A DNA stretch of 64,000 nt from Squalus acanthias (Eukaryota): positions 54,376,001 to 54,440,000 of the forward strand of contig CM059438.1 in assembly GCA_030390025.1 (NCBI GenBank), written 5' to 3'. Every line of letters begins with the position of its first letter. The first letter of the stretch is position 1. A program made the position numbers and the translations under genes. The notes beneath the pieces are model-generated. The model had not been told where the DNA came from, did not search any database, and was given only the letters and a program-made list of their open reading frames with translations. Shown here piece after piece: positions 36,813 to 50,766 of this stretch.

Positions 36813-38760
36813 GATTTGTTGTGTGGGGTAATTATACAGAGTAACAGATGTCTGGGAGAGCACTACAATGCTGTAACACAATACAGAAGTACTGAGAATG
36901 ATTAAAGCATGAGAGTGATGCTGCAGCAGTTTAAGAGCATAATCCAAATCCGTTGGATAGTTCAGGGACAAAAAGAAAAACAGAATTTTGGAACTACACA
37001 ACAGGTTTCTCAGTATTTGAACAGAGGGAAGAAAGTGCCCAGTTTTGGGTGGAGATCAGAGGTAACAGAGTCTGCACCCGAATTGTTAATCCATCGTTTC
37101 AGTTTTCAGATTCTGATAGACCTGCGGTGTATTACCAGCATTTTGTGTACTTTTCCCCATGGTTTCTTGCAGCCTTGTAACACTCCCAAACTCCTGTTCT
37201 TTCCATTTACTGTATATGAAGCACTATACCCCACTGCACTTTCTAAAAGCGATTTCCTGTGAACAGCACATTTTAGTATCAGAGCAAGCATGCTTCCCTG
37301 TCATGCTGTAACCTGATGTTTGCTGCCTCTCCATCTTGTTACTGCTCCTTAGACATAGTACGACCAATGTTCCCTCTAAGGTGCGCTTTGTCGTGTGCAG
37401 CCTGTTTATTTCACTTTTGTCCCTTTAAATTTCAGCACATGCACGGTATTTCTGATGGAGAAGCTTGTGAGCAGCCCGCGCAGGACCTTGCCGATTACTG
37501 CGCGGTTGCACACACGCAGCTTAGCTGGAACATTGAGTACGACCATTCTCTAGTAACAATGGCTGCTTCATCCCTGCACTACACCACATTGTGACACTGA
37601 ACACCTCGCAAACTGAGACAAGAATCAGGAAGAAGAACCTTTTATGCATTGTGGTCAGGGATGAATTGCAGATGTGGCCCCTTCTTAGGTTTGGACATGT
37701 ATACACAGATAGCTGTATTTCACCCATTCCTTCTGTACAAACCATGGGCTTATGTAGTTCATCCCACATCAATCTGTGTTCTATCAGGTGATCCTGCAGG
37801 ATTTTAGGCTGTAATAATATAATACTGTACTGCTACTGACAGACAACCTGCTGATTTTTTAATGTTTTTTCTTTAATTTGACTGCAGTATGTGTCTAATT
37901 GTTAAAAGTATGAGACTACAGAAGCGATTTTGCAAACGTGAGCTGTACGCAGGGAGTGTTGCCCGCTGGAAGTACATCGGGAAATCTCAGGCTGTGATTT
38001 TCCTTCCATTAAAATGAATGGGCGATTTCCCGATATGTACAGCTGGCGGGAGGCAAGTTCCTGAAATCACACCGGGCAAGAGCAAGAGCCAACGAGCTGG
38101 TTGTATCTGGCAAACACATCAGAAGTTTGGTGTGATTTCACATTTTTTTGCAAAATTGATTTTTGATGTAACAAAATTGTGCGTTTTTTTAACTGAAAGT
38201 TTACATTGTTTAGTGCACCCTACTGAGATTCCTGGTGCACAGGGTTTTTAAATTTCATTTCGAAGGTTTGTAAATTTCTTAAATATTGGCAGGTTTATAT
38301 ACTACAGATTGAAGATGTTTATGGACGGTTTTACTTGAATAATGTTTCACACTCACAAGAATAGGTGGTTTTCGGTTCATTTTTAGCATTTAATGCAAGC
38401 CTCACATTTTCATACTGGTTAAATTATAACATTTAGTTTACAATATATGATTTGACTAATCATCAGGCATATACTTTGGGAGCCCTGTGTCGGTTCACTG
38501 ATCTGTGGTGAGCAAATCCTCACCACTAAACTGCCCAAAGCACTTGGTACAGGGAGAGTACCGATTGGAGCCGGTTCCTGCGACCGCATTGTTGGGCAGT
38601 GTGCGAAGTGCTTCTCACTAACGTTAACACACAAGTGCTTTGCTGGAGGCATTAAACATTACATTCCTCACTTGTTGAATGCAATAGCTTGTTTTCTGCA
38701 AAAGATTCATAATAAAGGGTTGATTTATAGTAATTTCAAGTCAGTTAGTATAGCAATTAA
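36813..38760 (+). other. TSPAN15: Probable TSPAN15 3' UTR with candidate poly(A) signal AATAAA at 38711-38716
   Basis: Mostly unique AU-rich sequence after the stop codon; the end point is inferred. Confidence 0.45.
37365..37535. mobile_element. 171-bp hAT-type MITE
   Basis: TIR CAATGTTCC / GGAACATTG; perfect 8-bp TSD AGTACGAC (37357-37364, 37536-37543). Confidence 0.9.
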
Positions 38761-39809
38761 CATTTTAAATACATTTTAGTTGATTAAAAACAGTCTTTAT
38801 TATATAGCTCTAGCTAGTTGTTTAATAATGTGTTTATTGTGGCGCAGTTTGATCAACCTATCAAGCAATGACTAATCTTATGTGTTTTAAATGCAGTGCA
38901 GTGAGATGAGTTATTTGTACAGTGTGGTGACTGTGATGCACAGAATTCATTCTGCTCTCTGCCCGTGGGATGGAGTGCACATCCACATTTTTTAAAGTCA
39001 GGTTCGCAAGCGGAGAGTAGGCCACAGTCTCACCAAAAGGTGGAGGAAATTTTGTTGCGCTTCTTTCAAACTTTTTACAGATACTGGGGCCAAATTCAAT
39101 CTCCGTTACACCCCAAAAACAGGTGGCTACAAAGTGCTGTCCAAGAGCTGGACCGATAATAGAGAAATAGAAAACAAGAGGCTCTGTAGAGAGACAAAAG
39201 AGAAAAAAAGTTTCCATTAATTGGTCACCCCCCTTGAACTACATAGCAATCTGCCCAAGAAGACCTGGGACCTGTGATGCCCTGCCCTCAGGACTTCACA
39301 ATCCTGCCTGCTAGGAGGTGCAGGGCAGCCAGGATGTCTGCACTTTATTTCCCTTTTTGTGAGGCAGTACTGCCTCTCCACTCCCAAATTCCCCACAGCA
39401 GCTCTCCATGTGATGATCAGGACAATCATTCATCACTGCATAGAGCAGTATTCACTGTGGGGCCCTCAAGCAGGACAGTACCTGGGCTTAGTAACACTGT
39501 TAAAAATCTCATAGCTTTCACAGTGGGAGCAGTATTGTAACAATTATAGTTCCATCTCTGCTTCAGCAGAGAGGCTCACGTCCCCTGGAACCTGAACTTT
39601 ATACCCAATCATGACTCATTTATAAAATCAGTATGTCACTGTGTACACGTCCCACTCCAGATGTTATCACTTTGTTGCAAAGGGGAAACAATCTTCAAAA
39701 ACCCAGTGATTTAATGATGTCTGCTTCTAACCTGCAGCTCTTTAAAGTTGCAGTACTACTGCTTCCCATCCTTAGCCTTTTAAAGAACTCGCTGCAGGAG
39801 GTCCAGTTC

Positions 39810-41840
39810 AGGCTCCACCTTTGATGCCGTTGTCCCCAGTAAAACCCTTACTCTTTCTCACCCTGGTCATTACCCCTGGAATGACCCTCATTTCAGCGCC
39901 CTTAAGTCCAATGGACACAGACTTGAACGTTTATGGCGAACAACTGGTTCAGCCATTTATCGACAGATCTCGCTGGACCACATCAAGCACTATCGGGTCC
40001 TGCTCTCCTCGGCCAAAACTGCTCATTATTCCAGGATCATCCTGGATTGCAAAGATAACCCCCGGCTTCTCGTCTCCACTACAAACCATGGACTTCTTTG
40101 TAACTAAGGTTGAGACCATCCACTCATCTGTCACAGCCGCTTCCCTCCCTTCCCCTAGCCCTAGCCAACTTCCCCTAAGGCTTTCCCCTATCCTAGCCCT
40201 GAACTTGCATCTTTCTCTGGTTTCTCTCCTATCTCTCTTCATGCCTTCTCCGAGCTCATCTTGTCCATGAGACCCATCTCCTACTCCTTCGACCCTTTTC
40301 CCACCAAACTGCTGGCCACCCAACTTCCCTTCCTGGACTCCATGTTAGCTGATATTGTTAACGGTTCCCTCTCTTCAGGTACTGTCCCCCTCCCCTTCAA
40401 ATCTGCCGTCATCACCCCTTTCCTCAAAAAACCCACCCTTGACTCCTCTGCCCTTGCAAACTACCACCCCATCTCCAACCTCCCTTTCCTCTTTTAAGTC
40501 CTTGAACGTGCTGTTGTCTCCCAAATCCGTGCCCATCTTGCCCGGAACTCTATGTTTGAATCTCTCCAATCAGTTTCCGCCCCGCCACAGAACTGAAACA
40601 GCCCCTATCAAAGTCACAAATGACATCCAATGTGACTGTGATAAACTATCCCTCCTCATCCTTCTCAACCTATCTGCAGCCTTTGACATGGTTGACCACA
40701 CCATCCTCATTCAACGCCTCTCCTCCATCGTCCAGCTGGGTGCGACTGCACTTGCCTGGTTCCATTCTTATCTATCCGGTCAAAGCCAGAGAATCACCTG
40801 CAATGGCTTCTCTTCCCGCTCCCGCACCATTACCTCTGGAGTCTCCCAAGGATCTATCCTTGGCCCCCTCCTATTTTTCATCTACAACCGAAAACACATT
40901 TTTCACATATACGCTGATGACACCCAGCTCTACCTCACCACCACCTCTCTCAACCCCTCCACTCTGATTTGTCATGCTGCTTGTCTGACATCCAGTACTG
41001 GATGAGCAGACATTTCTTCCAACTAAATATTGGGAAGACCATTGTCTTCGGTCCCCACCACAAACTCCATTCCCTAGCCACCAACGCCATCCTGGCAACT
41101 GTCTGAGGGCGAACCAGATGGTTGGCAACCTTGGTGTCGTATTTGACTCCAAGATGAGCTTCCGACCACATATCCGCTCCATCACCAAGACCGCCTACTT
41201 CCACCTCCGCAAAATCGCCCGACTCCGCGCCTGCCTCAGCTCATCTTCTGTTGAAACCCTCATCCATGCCTTTGTTACCTCTAGACTTGACTATTGTAAT
41301 GCACTCCTGAGCGGCCTCCCATCTTCCACCCTACACAAACTTGAGCTCATCCAAAACTCTGCTGCCTGTATCCTAACTCGCACCAAGTCCCGTTCACCCA
41401 TCACCCCTAGCTCGCTGACCTACATTGGCTCCCGTTCTGGTAACGCCTCAATTTTAAAATTCTCATCCTTGCTTTCAAATCACTCCATGGCCTTGCGCCT
41501 CCCTATCTCTGTAAGCTCCTCCAGCCTTTCAACCCTCCGAGATCTCTACGCTCCTCCAATTCTGGCATCTTGAGCATACCCGATTTTACTTGCTCCACCA
41601 GCTGTGCCTTCAGCTGCCTAGGTCCAAAGCTCTGGCATTCCCTCCCTAAGCCTTACTGCCTCTCTACCTCTCTTTAAGACGCTCTTTAAAACCTACCTCT
41701 TTGAACAAGCTTTTGGTCATCTGCCCTAATATCTCCTTATGTGGCTCTGTATCACATTTTGTTTGATAACGCTCCTGTGAAGTACCTTGGGTCGTTTTAC
41801 TATGTTAAAGGTGCTATATAAATTCAAGTTGTTGTTGTTC
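39810..41840 (+). mobile_element. L2 LINE RT region and 3' end
   Basis: LSAAFDMVDH, SGVSQGSILGPLLF, YADDTQLY, SRLDYCN; tail TTGTTGTTG. Confidence 0.92.
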
Positions 41841-42010
41841 TACATATCTGATTACTTTGGACTCCATAGGATTCAGCAAGGTTGGACATTCCTGTTTCGA
41901 TAAGCATAAAGATTGCAGCATACCAGTCACACAGTCCAAGGTCCATAGTGCAGAACATCACTAAGGCTTAAAAGGGTAAAAAAGAAATTAACGTAAACCA
42001 GGAAGTATCA

Positions 42011-42323
42011 TCTGTCCTTCGGACGAGGCATTAAGCCAAGGCCCTGTCTGCTCTCTCAGGTGGACATAAAAGATCCCATGGCACGTTTCGAAGAAGAACA
42101 GAGGAGTTCTCCCCGGTATCCTCGCCAATATTTATCTCTCAACCAACATCACTAAAACAGATTATCTGGTCATATTAAACATTACTGTTTGTGGGAGCTT
42201 GCTGTGCATAAATTGGCAGCTGCATTTCCTACATTACAACAGTGACTACACTTCATTGGCTGTAAAGCGCTTTGGGACATCCTGAGGTCGTGAAAGGCGC
42301 TATATAAATGCAGATTCTTTCTC
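42011..42323 (+). mobile_element. Deu-domain SINE, 5'-truncated, with L2-like tail
   Basis: Reverse-complement match to 60973-61300. Confidence 0.8.
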
Positions 42324-43499
42324 CATGATTAGGTGAAGTTATGGTGGTTGGGTAGAGTTCATAAACTGTTCAATTGTACATGTTTTGATGAACTGAATGG
42401 GTTTGTCTCTTTTTTTGGTGCAGCTTTTCAAATTAGGCTTTATGGATGTAAATGTGGAGCATTTTTGGGAGGGAACAGGATGCAGCAAGTCCACCTCAGT
42501 AAATGTTACAACCTTGCAACAGGTCTGATTTTGCTGCATTGTGTGATGCATTGCAACTCTTCTTAGCTACCCACAGGGAATACCGTCATGGGTACAGTTT
42601 GTCCATGTCAACCCTGACAGAAGCACCTGCTAGCAGTCAGTCAACCCTGAGGTATTGGTGCCCTGACCCACCCCACTCTCGGGGTTACAATTTCACCGTG
42701 GAGCATTTCATCCCACCAAACATTTTTGTTAGGTAAGGGTATTAAGGTTACGGAACCAAGGCGGGTAGATAGAGTTAAGATACAGATCAGCCATGATTTA
42801 ATTGAATGGCCGAACAGGCTCGACGGGCTGAATGGCCGACTCCTGTTCCTATGTTCCAAAGAGGAGGATCATATTTTTCACAACCTAATTTAGTACATAA
42901 ATTCTTCTTTTAAATTGTGGTGTATAAAAATCATTTTCAAAACACGTCCAGTTTGACAGATAAAAGTGGCACTTTTTTTCAAAGATCCATCTAATATTGT
43001 CTGTCTTTGGCTACACTGTAAGTTGCAGTGTTCAGAGAGATAACTTAATTGCATTTTGTGTCTCTTCTACTGTTGTTTAATATGCTTGCCAGACAGCAAA
43101 AGTAATGTTCTGTGAGTCTGCACTGTTTTTAGATAGCCTGGTGATTCTGACTACTACTACAAAGGCCTTTTAAATAATGTTTACTTATGGGTATTCTGAT
43201 TTTAATTCTCTGTGATATTGTAAAGAAAATTTTTGAAAATTTTGGTGAAAGCGTTTTTTCTGTATAACAGTTTAATAATAAACTCTGAGTGCTAATATTT
43301 TAACAACAAGACTTCAGTTGTGTGTGCAAAGGGATGTGCCACGTTTGGTAACACACCTGTGGTTCCAGGTATACTCCAGCAGTGGCTGCCACCTCAGTGT
43401 CTCAGTAAATTGAAAGTTAGGTCACAGATGGCAAAGGAGCTGTTTTACATGAATCTCACACCCACAGCACTACTGTAGGCTGCTGCCAGCCCGTGTTTA

Positions 43500-44041
43500 C
43501 CCTTCACCCTCCGTGATCAGAGACACCCCCTCCCCTGAGGCCTCCGATCACCCCCACAGGCCACCAATCACCGCCCGCCCACACACACACACACACACAG
43601 GCCTCCATGAGGCCTCCCCCCCGCTCCTCCGGCCTTCCCGCTCCCAGCCTCCGATCTTCTGAAGATCCCCCCCAGCTCCTCCCGGCCGCAATCTTGGCGA
43701 GAGCCCCACCCCGTGCTTCAGTGGCTGCTTCCCTGCCCTCGATTATCCTCAGATGCTCCACCCGCCCCGTGCTTCTGTGACTGCTTCCCGGCCCGCGATC
43801 GTCCTCAGACCCCGTGCTTCTGCGGCCAATTCCCGAAACCCCCGTGATTCCTCCCTCCCTCCTCTGTGCGGCCTACTGCTGCAGCCTCTCAATCTGGCTG
43901 GCTGTGGGCGGGAAACCGAGGCCTCGCATGCAAATCAGGCCCTGCCGTTAAAATCGGTGGGGCCTACAGGAAACACGGCCTCCCGGATTTCCCGCCCGCC
44001 TCGGAGTCCCCCAACCCGCCTTCCTCCTTAAAATCCAGCCC
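43500..44041. mobile_element. Partial GC-rich MITE ending in TIR AAAATCCAGCCC
   Basis: Same terminus as the 11897-12734 element; left end not found. Confidence 0.55.
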
Positions 44042-45006
44042 AATGTCTCTATGCACAATAACGTAAGGGTGAGAATGTGCCATGTGACAGCTCAGTGGAC
44101 GAGAGACTTCCATCTTACAGATTTATATTGACAATTCTCAGGCAATCTGGGTCAGAGAGAGAGTGTTTGAAACTGGCAGTCACATTTGGAAGGCTTGAGT
44201 GTCTAAAGGTAGTGGCCACTGGGAGGTGGGTAAACAGCTCACAGTAAATGGTTTTCTATTTAAAACTCCATGTTTAGAGACAAGGCGAGTTACGTCTATT
44301 ATTTTATAGTGGAGGGAAATGTATATCTCACTGTGTTATACTTTATATTGTCCATACATATATATTAAAAGAACTTATTGGTTCTAACCCATTTTGAGTG
44401 ATGGAGAATTTGCGTGGCAGTTTGATACATTCCACTAGCCGGTGCATAGAGTAAAGATTCTCTGTTATGATCCCTGGGTCTAGCTATCATTTACCTGGAT
44501 ATTGGCTAGAAAAGAAGTGCAGTCCAGATCATAGGGGACATGAGGTCTGCTTACGGGAGTGACCGGTGAAAATACCTAAAGTAATAACTCAGAAACATGA
44601 CACAGTCCTCAGTCATATTGAGCAACTACTCATCCTCAACAAATTCAAACCCACCTAAAACTCGAGCTGAGAGCACACCACGGACTGAGATGGGAACAAA
44701 GTGTGAATAGTAATCTAAAATGGGAATTTGGCTTGTGTGGGAATCCAGTGGTAAGTAGTTTAGAACTTCTCTTTTATTTCATTTTCCCCTTTAACTGAAC
44801 TGCAGATTTAAGATTGTGGAGCTAATAATGAATTGGCAGCTAACAGCAGATGATCATTCGTCACTGGCTAGGTGTTAACTAACCTGCTGACTGAGCAGCT
44901 AAAACTGGTTGGTGACCTAATTTGGTATGAGCACACCAGTTTGAGCAGAGAGCACACCACAGAGTGAGCTAGTAATAAATTGAGATGGGAACAGAGTGAA
45001 AACAGT

Positions 45007-45682
45007 GGCCGGAATTTTAATCTGGAGGCGGGTAGGAAGCAGGACGGGTGGGTGGAGGCTTGAAAGTGGTTGGGAAACCCAGGAGAAGAGGTTTCCCACA
45101 GGCACTGCCGAATTTAACGGCAGGGCCTGATTAACATTTCAAAGCTCTGTTTCCTGCCCGCAGCCAGATAGATGGAGAGGCTGGCTGACTGTTGGGCGGG
45201 TAGGCCTGCAGCACTAGGCCACAGAGAGGAGTGAGGGTGAAATCGGGGCCAGAGGATGATCGAGGGGGGTGAATCACGGCTGGAGGAGGATGAGGGGGGC
45301 TGAATCGGGATCGGGGGGGGGGGGATGAATTGGGGCCAGAGGAGGATCGGGAGGAGGTGGTTGGGGGCCGGAGCGGGGAGGCCAGGAAGACAATCAAGGG
45401 CTGGAGCAGGGAGATTGGAGACCTCGGGGGAGGAGATCAGAAGGGTTGGGGGGTGTCCGATCACAGGGGGTGGGTGAGGCAGAGACACTGGATCCAGCAG
45501 GTAAGTGTAAAGGCACTTAACTCTTGGATCTAGCAGTCCCTGCCTCCCTTTAGCTGGCGGGTTCCCCGAGGCCCGGGAAACGCGACCAGCCAGAGTTAAA
45601 TTTGAAATGGTGGATCATTTAAATAGGCGACCCGCCTCCTGGGAGCAGGTTGGTGACCCATCCCCTGTCTCTCATCCGTTAA
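45007..45682. mobile_element. Partial GC-rich MITE
   Basis: Begins GGCCGGAATTTT; composition and motifs resemble the other MITEs. Confidence 0.5.
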
Positions 45683-45899
45683 ATTAAATACGTGGGGTTA
45701 CGGGGATAGGGTGGGATATGTGTCGGTGCAGGCTCGATGGGGATTCTGTGTGAGAAAGCAGGGACAGGGTACTGGATTTGGATGATCAGCCATGATCGTA
45801 TTGAATGGTGGAGCAGGCTCGACGGGCCGAATGGCCTACTCCTGCTCCTAGTTTCTATGTTAAAAAAAAACCGGAAGTGGGATGGTTGGGGGCAGGATT

Positions 45900-46873
45900 G
45901 CCTGAGGGACAGCATAAATCGTCATTTTGAAAGACACGGATTAATCAAGGACAGTCAGCATGGATTTGTTATGGGAAGGTCATGACTGACTAACTTGATT
46001 GAATTTTTTGAGGAGTTAAGGAGGGTTGATGAGGGTTGTGTGTTTGATGTAGTCTACATGGATTTTAGCAAGGCTTTTGACAAGGTTCCACAGGGCATAC
46101 TGGTCAGAAAAGTAAAAGTCCATGGGATCCAAGGGAAAGTGGCAATTTGGATCCAAAATTGGCTCAGTGGCAGGAAGCAAAGGGTAATGGTCGACAGGTG
46201 TTCTTGTGACTGGAAGGCTGTTTCCAGTGGGGTTCCGCAGGGCTCAGTACTGGGTCCTTTGCTTTTTGTGGTATCTATCAATGATTTGGACTTGAATGTA
46301 GGGGGCATGATTAAGAAGTTTGCAGATGATACAAAAATTGGCCGTATGGTTGATAGTAGAAGAAAGCTGTAGACTGCAGGAAGATATTAATGGACTGGTC
46401 AGGTGGTCAGAAAAGGGGCAAATGGAATTCAATCTGGAGAAGTGTGAGGTAATGCATTTGGGGAGGGTTAACAAGGAAAGGGAATACACAATAAATGGTA
46501 GGACACTGAGAAGTGTAGAAGAGTGTAGGGGCCTTGGAGTGCATGTCCACAGATCCCTGAAGGTAGCAGGACAGATAGATAAGGTGGTTAAGAAGGCATA
46601 CGGGATACTTTCCTTTATTGGCCAAGGCATTGAATATAATAGCAGGGAAGTTATGCTTGAACTGTATAAAACACTAGTTAGGCCATAGCTAGAGTACTAC
46701 ATACAGTTCTGGTCACCACATTACAGGAAAGATGTGATTGCACTGGAGAGGGTGCAGAGGAGATTTACGAGGATGTTGCCAGGACTGGTGAATTTTAGCT
46801 ATGAGGAAAGATTGGATAGGCTGCGGTTGTTTTCTTTGGAACAGAGGAGGCTGAGGGGAGGCTTAATTGAGAT
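45900..46873 (+). mobile_element. CR1 RT fragment
   Basis: YMDFSKAFDKVP, GVPQGSVLGP, KFADDTK. Confidence 0.9.
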
Positions 46874-47738
46874 GTTACCTTTAACACAGCAGTCTGTCTC
46901 CCCAAAAAACTTCTTTCTTAATAGACAGTTTGGACGGAACCACTTAGACTGGAGCTTTCCAAAAAATAAAATTTGATTATCCCCTTAAGCTTCAGAAAAA
47001 TTTCCCTGCCCGAGTGCTTGAACAGCAACTCATATCAATTTATCTAATCAATTTTAATTTCATAAACAAATTATGCCCAGGCTTGGTGGTTTTACAAAGG
47101 AGACAGAAATAGTTGTAATTGCATTTGGATGTAAGTCTTTTATCTTTGCCCTCGAGCAATGAGTCTTGGAAGATAACAAATGACTCCGAATAGGTTAAAT
47201 CCAAGCATTTGGAAAGGCAATGTCTTAAGTCTAATTTTTATCACCACGCTGCGACATTCGAGATCCATCAATGTCTACAGATAAGAACTTAAAATCTGCA
47301 AAGAACCACTCTTGGTAATCTTGCACCATCAACACACTTATAGTCCTCTGCTTAAAAGAAAAAAACAGAAAATCTATTGTGCTTTTCTTGTGAGTCCAAT
47401 GGGTTAACTTGTCAATTCCTGATACCCTAATGTCAGTGTGAGGAAACATCCACTCAAATTAAGAAACTTAAAATTGAATAATGACCAAAATGTTTACATT
47501 CAGCAATGCAAAAGTTGTTGCTTAGTGAATTAGAAACAGAGTTAATCTGATACTAGAAACCAAAAACAAACACACAGCTGCTTGTGGAAAGAGTTAACTT
47601 TTTTTTGTATTTCAAAAGACGACAAACACAGACATCATTAATCAATGTCAGCTTGTGTCGCACAACTTCTCACAGCCTTCAAGTAAATTTTAAAACCTTT
47701 TGCCAAATAAAAATATCTGTTACTTTTGCAAAGTCTTT

Positions 47739-48616
47739 GGGGGAGAAATTCAGTATCGCCCCATTTGGGGCGCAATTATCGGCCGGGCGCAAAGATTAGC
47801 GCCTGGCGCTAATTATCGCCACCGACTGCAAACTTGACTTTTATCGCCCCTGGAGGTGATTGGAGCGCTAAATCAGGCGCTTCACACCTGTCTTAAGGCG
47901 CAAAGGCCGAGGAGCGAGGCGCTACCTCAGAGCGCTGGTGAAGCTCATGTGATGTCAGTCAGCAATGGAACACACACACAATGGCACCGGCCAGTTCTTA
48001 AAGGGGATGGTTGATCTTGCTTTCAATCCACATCCTGCTCATTGCAGCCTTGAATCTCTGCCTGGAGAGACCTGCACATCAAATCTGCTGGAAAGAACAA
48101 TGGAGAGTACCAGGGAAAGAGCTTAGAGTGCAGCCCCCACAGTCTCTTCTAAATCGATACAAGGAATGGCAAATCAAAATGAACCTGCAAAGTGCTGCTC
48201 AGTACCCAAAACTCCTTCAAAAAGCGTTGAATCTCTCCAGAAGTCTCTCTCTCTCTCCGAATGCGTGGTTCAAAAATGGCACCAACAATAAAAGGCAGGA
48301 AGCGGTCGCCTTTAAATAGCGCTCCCCCAGTCCCTTCATGACTGCAATTCGCTCCCCTCAACCTGTCGTTGCTAGCGTCAGGCGGTAAGGCAGGGGGCGC
48401 CACTCAATATCTGCTCCGGGGCGTTGCGCACTCGACTGACGTCACGATCTGCCGGCGCAGGAGATCGTGGCGGTAGTGTTTAACGCCACCACAAAATGTC
48501 TAGTTAATTTCGCGAGCGGCACAAACATCGCCGCGCCTGGGCGCTAGGTGCTTTGCGCCCCATTAGCGCCCACTTAAGGCGCTAACGGGAGGCGCAACCA
48601 ACTGAATTTTTCCCCC
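47739..48616. mobile_element. Harbinger-type MITE family A, copy 2 (inverted relative to 10809-11701)
   Basis: Same TIRs; TSD TTT. Confidence 0.9.
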
Positions 48617-49435
48617 TTTGTGCCTTTAAAACTTACAAAGATCCTGATCAATTCAATTCTGCAGGTAAAAACATCAGGCATCATTTGCAACACCACTGTA
48701 AACATTCTGTGAAATAATTCTGTCGTACAATCCAACTACAGGATGTCTATCATGCACACAATACCATGCACCTTTTTCTCCCTGGTCACACATTCCAGTG
48801 CCACTAAGATGAATAAACAATCAGAATCACCTCAAATCATGCAGTCCTGGAGATTAGTCAGAAATTCCAAAATAAAATGTCAATTGTTGATGTGATTGTC
48901 TCACGTCCAGAACTGGAGACTTTCACACAATTTACAACAACCAGAATTTCACCACGGCCACAATAAACATTAATAAGTAAGTTAACCTCAATAACTCCAA
49001 TTTAATTCAAACCAATATCTTAAACTAAACACAATATAGCTTGAAAAAGAGGGAGGAGCCACAGCCAGTGACAAAGAAACATTCACATGTGCTTTATAAA
49101 GAGACATTAACATTCATGCTGAAAACAAAAGAAACTTCTGAAGAACAGTAGAAAAGACATGATCTTCCCTTTTCTCCTTTATTCCATCATAGACTAATTT
49201 ATCCTGTTTCAATTAAATCAATTTCCAATTTCTGATGTTTTCTATTGCATCCCATTGTGTACTGATTCAAAATCTCAAGCTCACAGTCCGTGTCCTCAAC
49301 CAAGCCAGTTACCACCTGCACAATTCATTGGTATATGGGAGGTGTGTAATGATATAGAGTAAAGGGTGAAGGGAACGCTAAATATTCAGTCGACAGTCCC
49401 AATCCTTCTCTCAGTTCACCTTTCCAGACGTGAGA

Positions 49436-50766
49436 CAATGGCAGTGACTAGTGGGGTACCGCAGGGATCGGTGCTAGGACCCCAGTTATTCACAATATAT
49501 ATTAATGATCTAGATAAGGGAACTAGATGTAATATCTCCAAGTTTGCAGATGACACAAAGCTGGGTGGGCGTGTGTGCTGTGAGGAGGATGCAGAGAAAC
49601 TCCAGTATGATTTGGACAGGTTGGGTGATTGGGCAGATGCATGGCAGATGCAGTATAATGTGGATAAATGCAAGGTTATCCACTTTGGTGGCAAAAACAG
49701 GAAGGCAGATTATTATCTGAACGGCAATAGAGTGGGAAAAGGGGAAGTGCAACGAGACCTGGGTGTCCTTGTGCACCAGTCGCTGATGCAGCAGGCGGTT
49801 AAGAAGGCAAATGGTATGTTGGCCTTCATAGCGAGAGGATTCGAGTACAGGAGCAAGGATGTCTTGCTGCGGTTGTACAGGGCCTTGGTGAGACCACACC
49901 TTGAGTATTGTGTGCAGTTTTGGACGCCTTATCTGAGGAAAGATGTTCTTGCCATGGAGGGAGTGCAGCGAAGATTCACCAGACTGATACCTGGGATGGC
50001 AGGAATGACATATGAAGAGAGATTGGGTCGATTAGGCTTATATTCGCTAGAGTTTAGAAGAATGAGAGGGGATCTCATTGAAACTTATAAAATTCTAACA
50101 GGACTAGACAGACTAGATGCAGGAAGGATGTTCCCGATGGCGGGGGAGTCCAGAACACGGGCAACACGGTGGCATAGTGGTTAGCACTGTTGCCTCACAG
50201 CGCCAGGGACCCGGGTTCGAATCCGGCCTCGGGTGACTGTCTGTGTGGAGTTTGCACATTCTCCCCGTGTCTGCGTGGGGGTGCTCCGGTTTCCTCCCAC
50301 AGTCCAAAGATGTGCGGGTTAGGTTGATTTGGCTATGATAAATTGACCCTTAGTGTTAGGGGTATTAAATACGTGGGGTTACGGGGATAGGGTGGGATAT
50401 GTGTCGGTGCAGGCTCGATGGGCCGAAATGGCCTCTATCTGCACTGTGGGGATTCTGTGATTCTGAACCAGAGGTCACAGTCTAAGGATAAGGGGTAAGC
50501 CATTTAGGACTGAGATGAGGAGGAATTTCTTCACCCAGAGAGTGGTGAACCTGTGGAATTCTCTACCACAGAAGGCAGTTGAGGCCAATTCATTAAATAT
50601 ATTCAAGAAGGAGTTAGATATATTTCTTAAGGCTAAAGGGATCAAGGGATATGGGGAGAAAGCAGGGGCAGGGTACTGAACTTGGATGATCAGCCATGAT
50701 CTCATTAAATGGCGGAACAGGCTCGAGGGGCCGAATGGCCTACTCCTGCTCCTATCTTCTATGTTT
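49436..50766 (+). mobile_element. CR1 RT 3' portion containing a SINE
   Basis: ORF 49366-50184 with GVPQGSVLGP and KFADDTKLGG; resumes after 50464. Confidence 0.92.
50157..50464 (+). mobile_element. tRNA-derived V-SINE (HE1-like)
   Basis: A box TGGCATAGTGG and B box GGTTCGAATCC; V-domain-like TGTGTGGAGTTTGCACATTCTCCCCGTGTCTGCGTGG; GATTCT tail; GAAC on both sides. Confidence 0.88.

Noticed and set aside
50161..50230. tRNA gene
   Set aside because: The A and B boxes belong to a SINE head that continues into a V-domain and LINE-like tail
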